Numbered from the stretch's first letter, positions 27,401 to 41,215 are shown. The stretch: 64,000 nt of DNA from Rhizophagus irregularis (GCF_026210795.1 NC_089435.1:5084001-5148000), one strand, 5' to 3'. Notes: generated from the sequence alone by a model not told the origin. Made by a program: numbers and translations.

Positions 27401-28413
27401 TTACTTCATTTCATAATACATTGAGACTTTGCGTTGTTAGTGTACATAAAGATATCACCAATAATCGGTATTTTAGATCTTTTTGTGATAAATTTGTAGA
27501 GTAAGTGAAATAAATATTTTGGTTAAATTTGCTTTTTTTTCCGGATATTAACAATTAATTCTTGTTGTTTTTTTCAGGTCATTTGTATCGAAAATTATAA
27601 ATAATTTATCAAAGTGTAAACCAATATCTGAAGTTGGAGCAGAGCAAGTAATAATATTTATTTAATTTTTATTACTTAATTCACCTTATTAACAATAATT
27701 ATATTACAGATGTTACTTGATATTCATGCAATGAAAACATATATATTAGAAATGCCAACTATGGGGATGGAAAATTCAGCCCCACCATCAACAACGCAAG
27801 TATTTTTTTTTTTATTAATATTATTTATTCGATAAAATATCAAGGCATAACAAATGATTTTTTTTTTTAAATAGATTTACTAAAATTGTAAATAAAGGAA
27901 TCGGTAAAATTGAAACTATATTAAAAGCGATCCTTACACCACATGATCCATCTGAAGGATTAGTTGAAAATTATCTATTATTAATTGGTGATAAAAATAT
28001 TAATAATTTTCAAAAAATATTGGAGCTTAAGGTATTATATAATTTGAATAATTCAAATCTAGAGATGTGCATTTTCCTAAAAAAAGTTTTTTTTTATCTT
28101 GTTCCAATAGGGATTAAAGAGGAATGAACAACAACAAATAACCGAACAATTTCAACAACGTGTTGCAGATGACACAACATTATTGGAAAATTCAAATATA
28201 TTATCATCAATTACTTTATCACAATTTACTACTCCAACATTTCCTGCATTATTTAATCCTTCAAATAATACAAATAATTTTACGACTCCGACCAACGGTA
28301 ACTCTAATTTAACTGATAAAAGTACTGCTAATAAATTTAATGAGAGTGTAAAAAAGATTATGAGCGGAGGATGGCGTAGAACAGATTCCAATAAAAAAGA
28401 AGAAGAAAAGTGA
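24480..28413 (+). CDS. VPS53: GARP complex subunit Vps53, many exons
   Basis: [89 protein letters not shown]. Confidence 0.96.
25664..25876. mobile_element. Tourist/PIF-Harbinger-like MITE (213 bp) in a VPS53 intron
   Basis: Ends ggccgttaca / tgtgatggcc (8/10 inverted match), flanked by TTA on both sides. It accounts for an intron about 210 bp longer than its neighbours. Confidence 0.6.
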
Positions 28414-29448
28414 AAGTATTTATTTATATACAGTATAAATTTAGGGAAAGGATTTTTTTATATAGATATAATAGAAATTAATATTTTTTTTTATTATTAT
28501 TATATTTCTTCTCGCTTTTCACTTAACCAAAAATAAGCTAAAATAAATATAAACATGAATGAAGTAAACATATAAATTTCATAATCAGGCATTTTTTTTT
28601 TTTATGAATAGTATATTTATCGTAATGTATTTTTATCGTCTTTTCTCAAAGAAAATTTAAAAAACTATAGAAACTAAAATCTTTTCACACAAATATTAAT
28701 CTAGCTAATCAAGATGATGATATGATAAGTGATAACATCAATCTTTATCATTTTCACTCATCAAATCTAGAAATGATAGCCAAAATATCCAACGTACAAA
28801 CGTACAATACTTTAATACTTTTTTCCCTACAACCTAAAACACTATTGTGGAAATATGGTCATCTGAAACTGAAAAACTGCAACAACTTTATTGATCAGCC
28901 CGAGAGCCATTCTAAAAGTAGATTTTGGAAATTATTACTCGGCATGTGATCTTCATAGAATATCAAATATTAAGAATATCAAACGTTTAATAATAACATG
29001 GACAGGAGGACAGATCAAATTAAAATCCTGGATTCTCAGCATCGCCCTTACCTTCATATTACACCCTCGTAATGTTCCATACACCCCACATTACATACTT
29101 CATAGTCTACACTTTATACGTAAGAATGAGTATCCTGACAAGTTTATGATGTAATCATGAAAATCAGAATATCTTAAAGTATTGTATGCATACCACGTCT
29201 TTTTTTTCATGTGTCGATTATTATTAATGATCGGATATTCGTCTACTTTTTAATGTTGTTTACTAGTTATTACGTAATTTCGAGTCATTCTAATTTACCA
29301 CATAAGAAGTTAATGCCGACATTAAACCATAAAAGGTAAATTTAAATTTTAATATATATATAATTTTCTTCTCACAACAAAAACTAAAAAAAGCATTCTC
29401 CGAAAAAAACGATTTTTTTCTTATTTCCGACGACGAAAAAAAAAAAAA

Positions 29449-31065
29449 ATGACAAATAAATTTCCTCCAGAAATCTTACAAAATATTTTTAAAGAACTTA
29501 TTGAATATGGAAATAAAACATTAGAAATTCATAAATATTTTTATCGTGATTTATATAATTGTTTATTTGTAAATCGATATTGGTTTTCAAATGCAATAAT
29601 ACTTTTATGGCAAAATACTTTAAGAAAATTTTATAAAAAAAATATTTTAACATCAAAAAAATTGATTACAACTTATATATTATCATTATCAAAAGAATCA
29701 AAAGAATTACTTTATGAAAATAATATAATTAATTTAAAACAAAAATCAATAATTACATTATGTAATTATGAATCATTATTAAAAAATTTAAATTTAACAG
29801 AATTATTTACAAAATTAATATATTGGATATTAAATATAGAAGAAGAAGAATTTGATATGGAAATTTTAGAAACACAAGATATTAATATGATAATAGCATA
29901 TCATTTTAATGATGAAAAATCTGAAATGAAAAGAAATTTATTATATAAAGAAATTTTTAATAATTTTATTAAAAATTCAACAAATTTAAAATTTCAATTA
30001 AAATTTAAAAATAATAATTTTGAAAATCTTTTTAATAATAATAATAATAATAATAATATAAATTATTATTCATATTTAGAAAATTTAACAATAATACCAT
30101 TTATAAATTTGGAAAATTTAGAATTTCATACCAATATACCAGATAAAGTTTTTAAAGATTTAAGTAAATTAATATTATCAGTTAATAATATTAGAATTAA
30201 ATGTAAACATGAACAAGATAAAATGATTGAAGGATTAATAGATTTTATATCTGGATTAAAAAAAATTAATATTATGAAAGTTGAATATTATGAATCATAT
30301 AATCCAGAAATTATAACAAAAACTTTTAATATAACAAATAATTATCATATAATTATTTCATCAGATATTTATATAAGATCATTAGATTTTTCTATGACAT
30401 TGGATAAAATCAAAGGATTAATAATTCTTAATGCAGGAATTGATTCAATTGATATAGTTAAATCATGGAGTAAATTTGAATTTTTACCTTTTATAACCAA
30501 ATTAAGATTTTTATCAAGTACAATGATTGGAATAGATTTGGTATTATATTCAAATATTATTAAAAAGACAAATGGAAATTTAATAGAATTATCAATATCA
30601 TTAGATAATGGAAATTTTTATAATGAAAAAAATTTATTTAAAAATATAGCAAAATATTGTTTAAAATTAAAAAATTTTGAATTAAAAATTAAAAAAAGAA
30701 CATTACAATATATACCATTAATATTAGAATCATGTAATAAATTGGAGATGATTAATTTAGATATTATGGATGATAAAGATATAACAAAATCATTAAATTA
30801 TATAGGAGAAACTTTACCAAAAAATTTAAAAAATTTGAAATATTTTTTTATTTATCAAAATGAAATTAATTGGAGTGGAAAATATTTTAATGAATTTTTA
30901 AGAAATTGTGAAAAGAGTTCTATAAAAAATTTATTAATTAAATATAAATATAAAAAAATTTGTGAGAATAGGAAGGAATATAAAAGAATTATTTCGAAAT
31001 ATATTAATAGAGGTGTATTGAATAGGTATTCAAATATTAAAAGAAAGATAACGAAGAGTGTGTAA
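29449..31065 (+). CDS. F-box/RNI-like LRR protein (expanded family), intronless
   Basis: FPPEILQNIF...DLYNCLFVNRYWFSNAIILLW F-box-like start; later IAKYCLKLKNF and ILESCNKLEMI LRR units. Confidence 0.8.
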   Translation: MTNKFPPEILQNIFKELIEYGNKTLEIHKYFYRDLYNCLFVNRYWFSNAIILLWQNTLRKFYKKNILTSKKLITTYILSLSKESKELLYENNIINLKQKSIITLCNYESLLKNLNLTELFTKLIYWILNIEEEEFDMEILETQDINMIIAYHFNDEKSEMKRNLLYKEIFNNFIKNSTNLKFQLKFKNNNFENLFNNNNNNNNINYYSYLENLTIIPFINLENLEFHTNIPDKVFKDLSKLILSVNNIRIKCKHEQDKMIEGLIDFISGLKKINIMKVEYYESYNPEIITKTFNITNNYHIIISSDIYIRSLDFSMTLDKIKGLIILNAGIDSIDIVKSWSKFEFLPFITKLRFLSSTMIGIDLVLYSNIIKKTNGNLIELSISLDNGNFYNEKNLFKNIAKYCLKLKNFELKIKKRTLQYIPLILESCNKLEMINLDIMDDKDITKSLNYIGETLPKNLKNLKYFFIYQNEINWSGKYFNEFLRNCEKSSIKNLLIKYKYKKICENRKEYKRIISKYINRGVLNRYSNIKRKITKSV

Positions 31066-32934
31066 TAATAATATTATGGGTAGTATGGTAGGTTGTGGTT
31101 ATTATTTGTTATAGGTTATAGTTTAGGTGGGCGTAATTTGTACGTATTAACGTATAATAAGGGGGTAGTGTATATTTAGTATTATTATTATTATGGTTAT
31201 AGTTGGAAGTATCATTATGGCTGTGGATTATTGTGGACAGAATTGTCATCATTGACATCATTGTTAATACATATTAGTATAATACATTCCGTGGTTTTTT
31301 TGAAACATTTATTATGCATATTAAAGAAAATAAAAGAAATTTCGAATGTTATCTGCTAAAACAATAAATTAATGATATTCATTTATTTTTTTTTTAAAAA
31401 AAAAAATATAGATGAAACGAATTATTTTGTAAATTATTTGTTTCATCGTATAATTCGTTCTTTATTTCACGCAGTAATACAAAAGAGGATTAGATTGTAC
31501 GCCACATCCTGGAACGATTACCCGAGCCATCTTTATATTATAACATGTGATTTTTTATAATAAAAAAAAAAATTTTTTTTTTCTTCTTTGACAAGAAAAA
31601 TCTTTAAGACTAAATTTATACCAATTAAAATTCACTTAAATTAATCGAAAATTCTTTTTACTAATACATATTTATAATAGTTTGATTACATATTTATAAT
31701 AGTTTATATATTTATAATAGTTTGATTTCCTAAAAAAAAAATAATAATAATTTTTTTTTTTATTTGTTAATTTTTATATTAATTGATTTATAACATATAA
31801 AGTTAAATTGAAATTTGAATTAAATCAAAACAAAAATTAAAATTAAATTTTTTGATTGGATTTAAAAATTTTTTCGATTTTAATTCTTTCTATGAACTTT
31901 TTTTTTTAATAATAATAACAGATAATGTTATTAATGCTTAAAAGAAATATTTGAACTTCGAATTAGGTAATTTAATTGAATAATTTCTTTTTATTATTAT
32001 TAATAGAATGAATTACGGATAAATTTGCGGATAAATTGATAAATTGCTCTAATTTACATTTTGGAAATACAACATAATCAAAATATATTTCAAAAAAAAA
32101 AATAATTTAAATTATAATTAACCGGACTAATAAAGGTCGTGCATTCAAATAAATGATTATCATCACATTATTAATTGATTGGTTGGAAAAATGCAAATCA
32201 TACTTAAAACTTCCTTATTTGTATCAGGCTATTTTTATTAAGTTCCAAACAAATGAAAAAAAAAAAAATTTCGTTCGTTTTAAAAATTGTCAGGAGGTTA
32301 TGGAATATCAGATGATTATTAAATTGTTTGAAATTTGATTTAGTAATCAACTTTTTTTTTTCTATTTTATTCTTTTAAAGATTTCTGTATGACATATGTA
32401 CAAAAATGTATTAAGTGTACAATTAATAAATGAGATAAAATGATGAGATTTTCGTAATTAATTTTCAAAGGTAAAAGGAACTCCTTTAATTTACGGATTG
32501 TCCTTAAAAAAGTAAGTCATGATTATCATAACAATTGAGCAAAAGAAAATCCATGAAAATTAAACCTAATTTCTTAACAAGTTTTCCATTGAGTACATGC
32601 ATTTTTTTTTTCGTAGAGAATATAATGTAGTATCATTTTAATTCGTGAATCTTTCTAAAAGACGTGCATGAAGTTTAACCGTAGGTAGAAATAATTTGCC
32701 GGATTATCTCTAAATAAAAATTTTAAATTACTTGTAAATAATAAAAAAATAATTCGGATATTATTTTTATAAAAATCAAACAAAGAACTCAAAACCACGA
32801 GGAGGATGTGGCGAAGATCACAAGTTTATTTGTACAACAGAAAATGTTGAATACATACCCTTGTAACTATAAACAAATCATCTTTTTTCTTTTATTAATT
32901 TTAATTTATTTATTATTTAATTATTTTATTTTAT

Positions 32935-33014
32935 TTTATTTATATATATTATATTATATATTATTATATATTTTTGTATATATATATTATATATATATAA
33001 TTATATTGTATTAT

Positions 33015-33049
<35 letters not shown>

Positions 33050-33072
33050 TACACACACAGTATGTATATATT
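32935..33072. repeat. (TA)n-rich microsatellite
   Basis: Directly visible. Confidence 0.85.
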
Positions 33073-34825
33073 TTTTTATATTTTTTTATTTATTTATGTT
33101 AAAAAAATTTAATTTCAGAGTTTCTCAGAGAAAAATTATAATTATTGTTATGTTTTACCCATTTTACTCTGGATAAATCGGGATTTTTTTTTTTGATATC
33201 TTATCAGTCATCATTTTCATCATCGGTAAATCCGATAATTCTTGAATTAGATTTCTAGGTAAAAAAAATTACGTGTTATCAACAAAAAGGTTTCCTTAGG
33301 AATTCTATAAACACGAATCTCATGTGGGAAGTACATAAACAAATATTTAAAGATAAATATTATATATTGTTGTTTATATATAAACATGTATACAGTATGT
33401 TAGTATAATATTAAATAGTAAATAATTCAATATCTATTGTATCTATTAATTCTACTACTCACACGAATATATTCAAATACGAATACTGAGTATTTGAGTA
33501 TTTGACTCATTTCATATTCACATCATAAACAAACTATTAACACGCGATAAAATTTACTCATACACAAAATACTTAAATACTCACACACAAAAAAGTTTAT
33601 TCATATCTTATATCCGGATTATCGCGTTATTTCCTATCAGATAAAACATCATATCTTATTCGTTATCAAATAAACATTCGTATCAAAAATGTATGTAATC
33701 AAAAGCCAAGTTTTTTTTCATATAATATTAGTATGGTAATGATTTAATTTAAAAAAGTTTCCTAATTAAGAAATAAAATTCTTGTATGTAAAATATATTT
33801 AAGCATGCATATGCAATGAATTGAAATTCCTCGTAGATCCCTCATATTTCTTCGATTTACTTCGCATAAAACGTCGAATATTTTTTCATTAATTAGATTT
33901 TCTTTGTTTTTTAAAATGCAAGGTAATTAAAATATAAGTTATAAGTTATTTTTTCTTCTTTTTTACTTGATTATTAATTTACATTGTTACAACTTCATTG
34001 GATGTTCAATATCGGATGTCTTATTAATTGGACAAATTTTTTTTATCGATTACATAAATATTTGGATATTCCTCTCGGGGTTTCGGATCCTTAAATAGCT
34101 AAGTTTATGGCGTTTTATTACCCAGAACTATTGATATGATGTTTATTATTGTGTCGCGCAGCAAAAAATTTCCTGTCGCGTAAATAATAAAAAAAAAATG
34201 ACGAAGACTCAAATTGTTTGACGTCAACATTTCATCCCCTTTTTTTTTCAACAAGAAATTTTTTTTCAAACAACAAATTTTTTTTTTTTAAAAAAAAAAA
34301 AGGGGAAATTAAAAAGAAGGAAAAAAGGAAAAAGGAAAAAGGAAAAAAAAATCGTTTCAAAACTTATGAAACGCTTCATTTCCTGGATAAAAAAAATTTG
34401 TATAAAATTAATTAATTTTTTTTTACGACCGACATTATTATTAATCCTATGTGTAGATGATGAAGATTAAGAATGAAACGAATCGTCATTTAGTTAAAAA
34501 GAACAGAAATAGGTAAAATTAAAATTAAAATAAAATAAATATTAATAATAATAATAATAAACAAATCATGAACCATCTCGGGGATCTTTTTGATTATATT
34601 GGAGGACATTTTTTTTACAAAACAAGATGGAATATTCAAATTTAAAAATAGGAATTAATGGGAATTTTAAAATCGGAAGATCATATTTCCATATCATATT
34701 TGTCATTTTTTGTATTTATTATTATTTATTATATAAATAACTTCACATGACGTTCGGAATGTCCGATCATCTTTTAACCGCTTGTTTTTTAGAAAATTGA
34801 TGATCACTTTATTACATTTGTAAAA

Positions 34826-34873
34826 AAAATAAAATAAAATAAAATAAAATAAAATATAATAAAATATAATAAA

Positions 34874-34918
<45 letters not shown>
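34826..34918. repeat. Compound microsatellite (aaaat)n-(aat)n
   Basis: Directly visible. Confidence 0.9.
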
Positions 34919-34920
<2 letters not shown>

Positions 34921-35806
34921 TGAGATCTTCTATGCAGTATAACGTTGTATTAAAAAAAGTCGGTATATTCCGGAATTTTCATTAATGCAACAAAGAAATA
35001 CCGAAATCAATCTCTTATTACCGTTGCGAATAAATAAGAGAGAATTACAAAAAGGAATTTATATGATCATCAAATGATTTTCAAATGTATCTAAAAATTT
35101 AATTTCGGGCAAACATAAAAAAAACAGGTTGTTATACGCGTGTGTTAAAGGGTTTCAAATTATAATTTTCCTCAATTTCCGACGACTTTTATGTAGATCA
35201 TCATCATAAACTAATGAAAATCCCAAATATAAAATGATATAATATATTGAAGTGCATGATACTCTATTATAAATTTGTCGATCTAGATAACTAAAGATCA
35301 TGTGTAATTTGATTAGGTTAAAATTATATAATCGGTTAATCGATTTTTTTTTTTTTTTTTTGAATGTAATAAATTTTTTTAGTACTCAGAATTGTAACAG
35401 AATATACGTTTGATATATTTCATTTTATTTTTCTTAAAAAAAATCTACATCACGCATTAAATATTTACAAATGATTGTCGTTAAATTTCTATAAATACAT
35501 TGCAAAAGTCCTCTTTTTAAAAACACAGTGTCTAACGCTCAATATCTCTTTTTGTTGCGATATTTTTATTCGAAAAAAAAAATTTAAATAGAACCTATTT
35601 TTTTTATTGTTATTAGAATATCCTTTTTTTTTTTTTTTGACCGTCAAGAATTTTTAAATTGTAAGCATTCGGTTTTTATTAATTATTATATTTAATTATT
35701 ATTGTTATTAATAAAAAATATTCACTTCTTTTTTTTCTTTTCTTTTTTTTTTTTGAACAAAAAGATTTTTATTACTAAACCGCTTCTATAATAACGAAAT
35801 TCGAAG

Positions 35807-36772
35807 ATGCAAAATCAAAATCAAACTACTTATCTTCCTCCAATTAGAACTCTTCTTGGATCCCCCGTTGAAGAAGGTAAATAATAATTATTATTTAATT
35901 ATTTAATTATTTATAATTATAGTTTATATTTACTAAAAAATTTTTTTTGTTTTTATTCAGTTTGCTCGCCATTTAGCGGAGGTTATTCCCCATCTCATAC
36001 TGTTCCTTCTCCAACTTATCCAACCGTTTCCCCACAATCGACTGATGCTCATCATCTCGCAGCGATAAATGCTCATAATAAATTAAATTCGAATGCTTCT
36101 CAACATACCAGTATTAGATCATTACTTTCTCCACCTGAATCACCTGATATGAAATCATCTGGTTATCAAAATTACGGAACCCAACAAAGATATGAATATA
36201 TTGCTGCTCCTCAACAAACTCAACAAACTCAACAAATTAATCGATCATATGAAGAACCATCTTGCAGTTGCTGCATTAAACCAATTCCTGTTTATTCTGC
36301 TCCTGCTCCTGTCCCCTCCCCTGTTCCTGCCCCTGTTTACTCCCAATATGTTCAACCTCAACCACAGAGATATAGTTATGCCCCATTATCTCCTTATGAT
36401 CGTAAACCAACTCCCCCTTCTCTTCCACGTTTGAATACAATTTTGGAAAGTTTGGCTCCTCCAAAACACTTTTCTCATAAAAGTTTCGTTGGTCAATTAT
36501 CTCCAACTGGTTCTTCTGGAAATCGTTATCAATGTCCATATTGTTCAAAACGATTTTCACGTCCAAGTTCTCTTAGAATTCATACTTATTCACATACTGG
36601 TGAAAAACCTTTTGTTTGTACTGAACCTGGTTGTGGACGAAAATTCTCCGTACAAAGCAATATGCGCCGTCATCTTAGAGTTCATCGATTGGGAAGACCC
36701 GTAAAAAAAACTAGATATGATGGTGAAGAAGGTTATAAAATGCTTAACCCAGGAATGCTCCGAAGTTATTAA
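35807..36772 (+). CDS. C2H2 zinc-finger transcription factor, MtfA/Nrg1-like, 2 exons (35807-35876, 35961-36772)
   Basis: YQCPYCSKRFSRPSSLRIHTYSHTGEKPFVCTEPGCGRKFSVQSNMRRHLRVH. An upstream exon MQNQNQTTYLPPIRTLLGSPVEE splices in frame. Confidence 0.9.
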
Positions 36773-37676
36773 AAAAACAATAACTTAATATTATATAAAT
36801 ATATATCTATATCAAAAGAACATTTTTTTTCGTAAATATATAACATATTTAATCATAACGGACATTTGGAAAACAATATTTTTTTTTCACTTCGTTGGTT
36901 TTTTTTTTTATATTTCCAGGGTGGGAAACGCGCATATTCGTCGCAATTTACACACATTTCGTATATATATTCGTTTCTTATATAAATTTTAGACTTATTA
37001 TTTTCAAAAAAAAAACAAATTCAAATTCGTATTTTTTAAAAAAAAAACAACCCAAACCTGTAACATTTATTAAAGTTAGAACTATTCTTTTTTTTTTTCA
37101 CAAAATATTGGTTGGACCTTTTTCGTCATAGGCGAAAAGATCTTCCTCCATTTTTTTTCGTAACATATTTTTTTTGTATATAACCTTTTTTTTCCTCTGC
37201 ACGATAATATCTTTCTTCCCTTACAATAAATAGATGATTAAAAAGTTTCAACCCGTTACAGGATGCATTTATAGAATACTTTTTTTCATATAATCATTCA
37301 AATTCATCATTTTTCATATGCATTTTCTTTCCTACCCTAACTCCGCACTTTTTTTTCATTAATAATTTTTAATTCATAATTCATATTTAAGTTTAATTTT
37401 TTCTTTTTTTAATTTTTTCTATGGCAAATAATTCGTATGGCAAAACCTTTTTTAAGTTATGACAACTCAAGAAAATTCTTTTTTTTTTTAACTTTTCGTA
37501 TTAATCGGCAAAATCTGAATCGTAAATTTTTTTTACTTTTTTTTTTTTTTAAATACATTCTGTAGATCCGCATATACACATTTTTTCCTTATTCTCACAT
37601 AGACTTTTTATAATATATATATATATACAATACATATATTTAATAAAAAAAAAAAATTGATTATTTATTTGAACCT

Positions 37677-37875
37677 AAACTTGACTTTTTTTGAAATCAT
37701 ATTGTTCCAAAACTTGACTTTTTTGAAATTATTGTTCCAAAACTTGACTTTTTGAAATTATATTGTTCCAAAACTTGACTTTTTGAAATTATTGTTCTAA
37801 AACTTGAATTTTTGAAATTATTGTTCTAAAACTTGAATTTTTTGAAATTATTGTTCTAAAACTTAAATTATTGTT
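37677..37875. repeat. Minisatellite, about 30-32 bp unit (aaacttgactttttgaaattattgttcca), about 6 copies
   Basis: Head-to-tail copies with no unique spacers. Confidence 0.9.
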
Positions 37876-39480
37876 GCTTTTGTGAAATTTATCGTAATGC
37901 TAGGTTTAATGTAGCATTCATAATAAACACGTGATTTATTAGTAGTCCATTTCCACGTGACTTTTTGGCTAGAGCTATAGCGTGGCGTATTACAAGGGAA
38001 TATCTCTGAACTTTGAACCAAAAAAAATTGAATAAGTGGTTAATGGATAAATATTATATAAAAATTTTAACAATGTTACCTATATTATATATAATAAATG
38101 TTTTGGAATTTTATTGTAATTTAAAGAATTTTCTTTTATTATATTTAAAGTTGCTTACCAAAAAATAAAAAGATTAATGCTAAATTTTAATATAATAAAA
38201 TGGTAAAATTATTTTATTAAAGTTGACCAAAACACAAATGACAAAATACAAAATAGAAAAATAATTTTAACAAGCAACTTTAATCATATTATATTAACCT
38301 TTTTAGGTATTAATAATCTTAGGTTAAAGTATTTGTATTATTTATTTTATGTGAAAAATTGGAAATAATAAAGTAATTTTTCAAAAAGAAAAATATTATA
38401 TAAAGTTACTAATCAAAAGTATGTTTTCTTAATTTTCTTTTGTAATTTTTAGAAAAATATATAATGTATAATAATTAACTTACAATAGGAAATTACTATA
38501 TATAAATTTATACAATAAAATTTTAAGTTATTTCAAATAATCAAAATATAATTAATAAATCATTTAATAATTAATAGTGATTTTTTTTAATAAATATATT
38601 TTTACTAATAAAATAGTTTATTTTACATATAATTAAAAATATAATTAATTTAAATTAAATAAAATTAATATTAAAGATCTTAGCCTTAATTATTCTTAAA
38701 ATTTAGCAGTAATCTAAATAATTTGGCTACTTTTTAATGCAAAAAAATTTATATATATATTATATATTAAAAATAAAATTTTAACTGCTAAATATAATCA
38801 TTATATTTTTATTTATTAATTTAAATAAAAATTTAATAATAAATTTTATCTTTATTTGCAATTGGTTGCATTAATTTTAAAATATGCTAGTAATAAATTT
38901 TTTATAATATTCTAGAAAAATATTTTCTATATGATTTCAATGTTCTTCTTAAATACTTTTATTATAAAATTTAATAAATTATAATAAATATAATATTGCA
39001 TAAATCTTTATATAGAATAATATTTTTTATAATTATAGATTCGTAATTATTATGCAAGTTTTTAAAACTTTGTAAATTTATATAATTTAAATTTAAAAAT
39101 CATTTAGTGATTAAATTTTATAATTTTAAATTTATTATATTTGTCTTATTAAAAGGATTAGAATAATAATAATTTTGCATTTGTAAGATTCAATTTTGAC
39201 ATGTAATTATATTTTAAAAAGTTTAAACATTAAATTTAAACTTTTTTTATAATATCTTTTGTTTTTGATAATTGGATTTTCATAATTTTTAGTTTATTAG
39301 ATTTGTTTCATTAAGATAATTTAGATAGTAGCAAATTTATGATGATCTAATTGATATTGATTAAATTATAATATTTTTAATCTTATAAATTTTTTGTTAT
39401 ATAAATTGTAAAAATTCATGCAATAAAATGGTTTTATATTTCCAAAAATTCTGAAATGATATGAAGAAACAAATGAAATA

Positions 39481-39913
39481 CAGTGACATCTCTCTAAGTG
39501 TATCTTTCTTGAGATCATAATAAAAAATAATAGAATATGCACTTAGAGAAGGTATGCATTTATAGAGAGTAAAATATTAAGAGTTCTTATAAGTTAGGAT
39601 TAGATTCACTGTACACTTGTTAAAGAAAATTTATATAATATGTGCTAGGGATTGGTATCGAAAATTGAATTTTTTCAAGATTTTTCTTATAGACGACCAA
39701 CCTGACTTTGAATCAGTTTCTAATTTCAGCAAAAATAATCAGCACTTGGCCGGCATGAAAAATTACTTTGGAGTCAGGTTAACTTACATGTAAAAAATTG
39801 CTGAGAATCAATTCTCGAGAATCGATTTTACTATGTTTTGTCAATTTTCGATTAATCGATTCTAATCCCTAATATGTGCACTTATAAAAAGTGCACTTAT
39901 AGAGGTGTCATTG
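39481..39913. mobile_element. Tc1/mariner/pogo-type MITE (host of a nested hAT MITE)
   Basis: TA|cagtgacatctctctaagtgta ... tgcacttatagaggtgtcattg|TA; 18/22 TIR match and TA TSD. Confidence 0.75.
39646..39871. mobile_element. hAT-type MITE (226 bp)
   Basis: TIRs tagggattggtatcga / tcgattctaatcccta; perfect 8-bp TSD atatgtgc at 39638-39645 and 39872-39879. Confidence 0.88.
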
Positions 39914-40439
39914 TATAGACATTTATTTATTGACATTATTAATATAAAATTATATATTTTTATTATATTAATATATAATAATCTGTATAATTTTGACTGG
40001 CTAAATCATTTAAGCCACTATCTGTATAAAAATTTTATTTTGTTACTTTTTAAATTACAGTTAATATTTTTAGTTTAATTAAATATAAGTTTATTATTAT
40101 TATATTATTATAATTTTTTTTGAAAAATTCTATTAAAAAAAATAAATTTTTATAAAATATAAAGTATTTTATCTAATCAGCAAATATTTTTTATAAGTAT
40201 TAAATAAACAAATTTTCAGATTATTAATAAATATAAATATATTATATTATAATTTTTTTTTTTCCAAGGTAATGCAATTTGTGAGTTTATTAATATTAGA
40301 TTATAATTTACTTAATATATATATTTTACATTTTTTTAATAGTATTTTTATTTACTTTTTCTTTAAATTTAAAAATATATTTATAATATTTTTATTATAA
40401 TTCTAATAATATTTGATTAATATTTTTATTTATTTAATT

Positions 40440-41215
40440 TTAATAAAATCATTTATATTTTCAAATTATATATAATCATGTATTTTTCCTAAAAGAATTT
40501 CCTTATTCTTAGGAATTTTACACAATTCTAAATTAAATTTTTTATCCTGAAAATCACTCTTTTAGGAATAAAACTGTGGCTTGTATGTAAAAATTCAATA
40601 AATAAAACTATGTTATGATTGTTATATCAAACATTTTTTTTCTTTAAATTGTCAATAATGATAATTTAATGGTTATTATTATTTATAGATTTCATAGCAC
40701 TGGTAAAAAAATGATTTATCCTACACATATCTTACACATATTGGGTACTCAAAATGTAGAAAATCATACACAAATAATACACATATCATACACATATTGG
40801 GTACTAATATATATATCATACATATATCAGGTACTGATAGGTATACTATATATATAAGTATTCCCGATATGTGTATGATATGTGTATTATTTGTGTATGA
40901 TTTTCTACATTTGAGATTCGATATATGTAAGATATGTGTAGGATATGTATAGGATAGACCATTTTTTTACCAGTGTAGTTTTTTTTATAAAAAAGAAAGT
41001 ATGTCAATATTTTGCTGCTTTATTTTCTTTCATATTCAACATGTTGCTTAATTTAAAAATAATAAACCACAGTTTTTATTCCAAAAAGGATGATTTTTAG
41101 GGATAATTAGAATTGTGTAAAATTTCTAAGAATTAAGAAATTTGTTTAGAAAAAATACGTGATTATAAATTATATATAAATAAAGTATTTAAAATATAAA
41201 TGATATTTAAATTGT
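40440..41215. mobile_element. Degenerate long-TIR (MULE/foldback-like) element
   Basis: About 40470-40590 is an imperfect reverse complement of about 41055-41166 (e.g. aattttacacaattcta / tagaattgtgtaaaatt). The outer limits are approximate. Confidence 0.6.
40698..40975. mobile_element. Palindromic CACTA/EnSpm-like MITE (278 bp)
   Basis: cactggtaaaaaaatg ... catttttttaccagtg termini, 3-bp TSD tag, subterminal acacatat repeats; nearly the whole element is self-complementary. Confidence 0.85.

Noticed and set aside
28722..29154. Two overlapping short ORFs between VPS53 and the F-box gene
   Set aside because: No recognisable homology or splice structure.
32808..33176. 122-aa Ile/Tyr-rich ORF
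   Set aside because: Translation of a TA microsatellite.
37677..37875. CRISPR-like periodicity of about 30 bp
   Set aside because: No unique spacers, eukaryotic context and no cas genes; it is a minisatellite.
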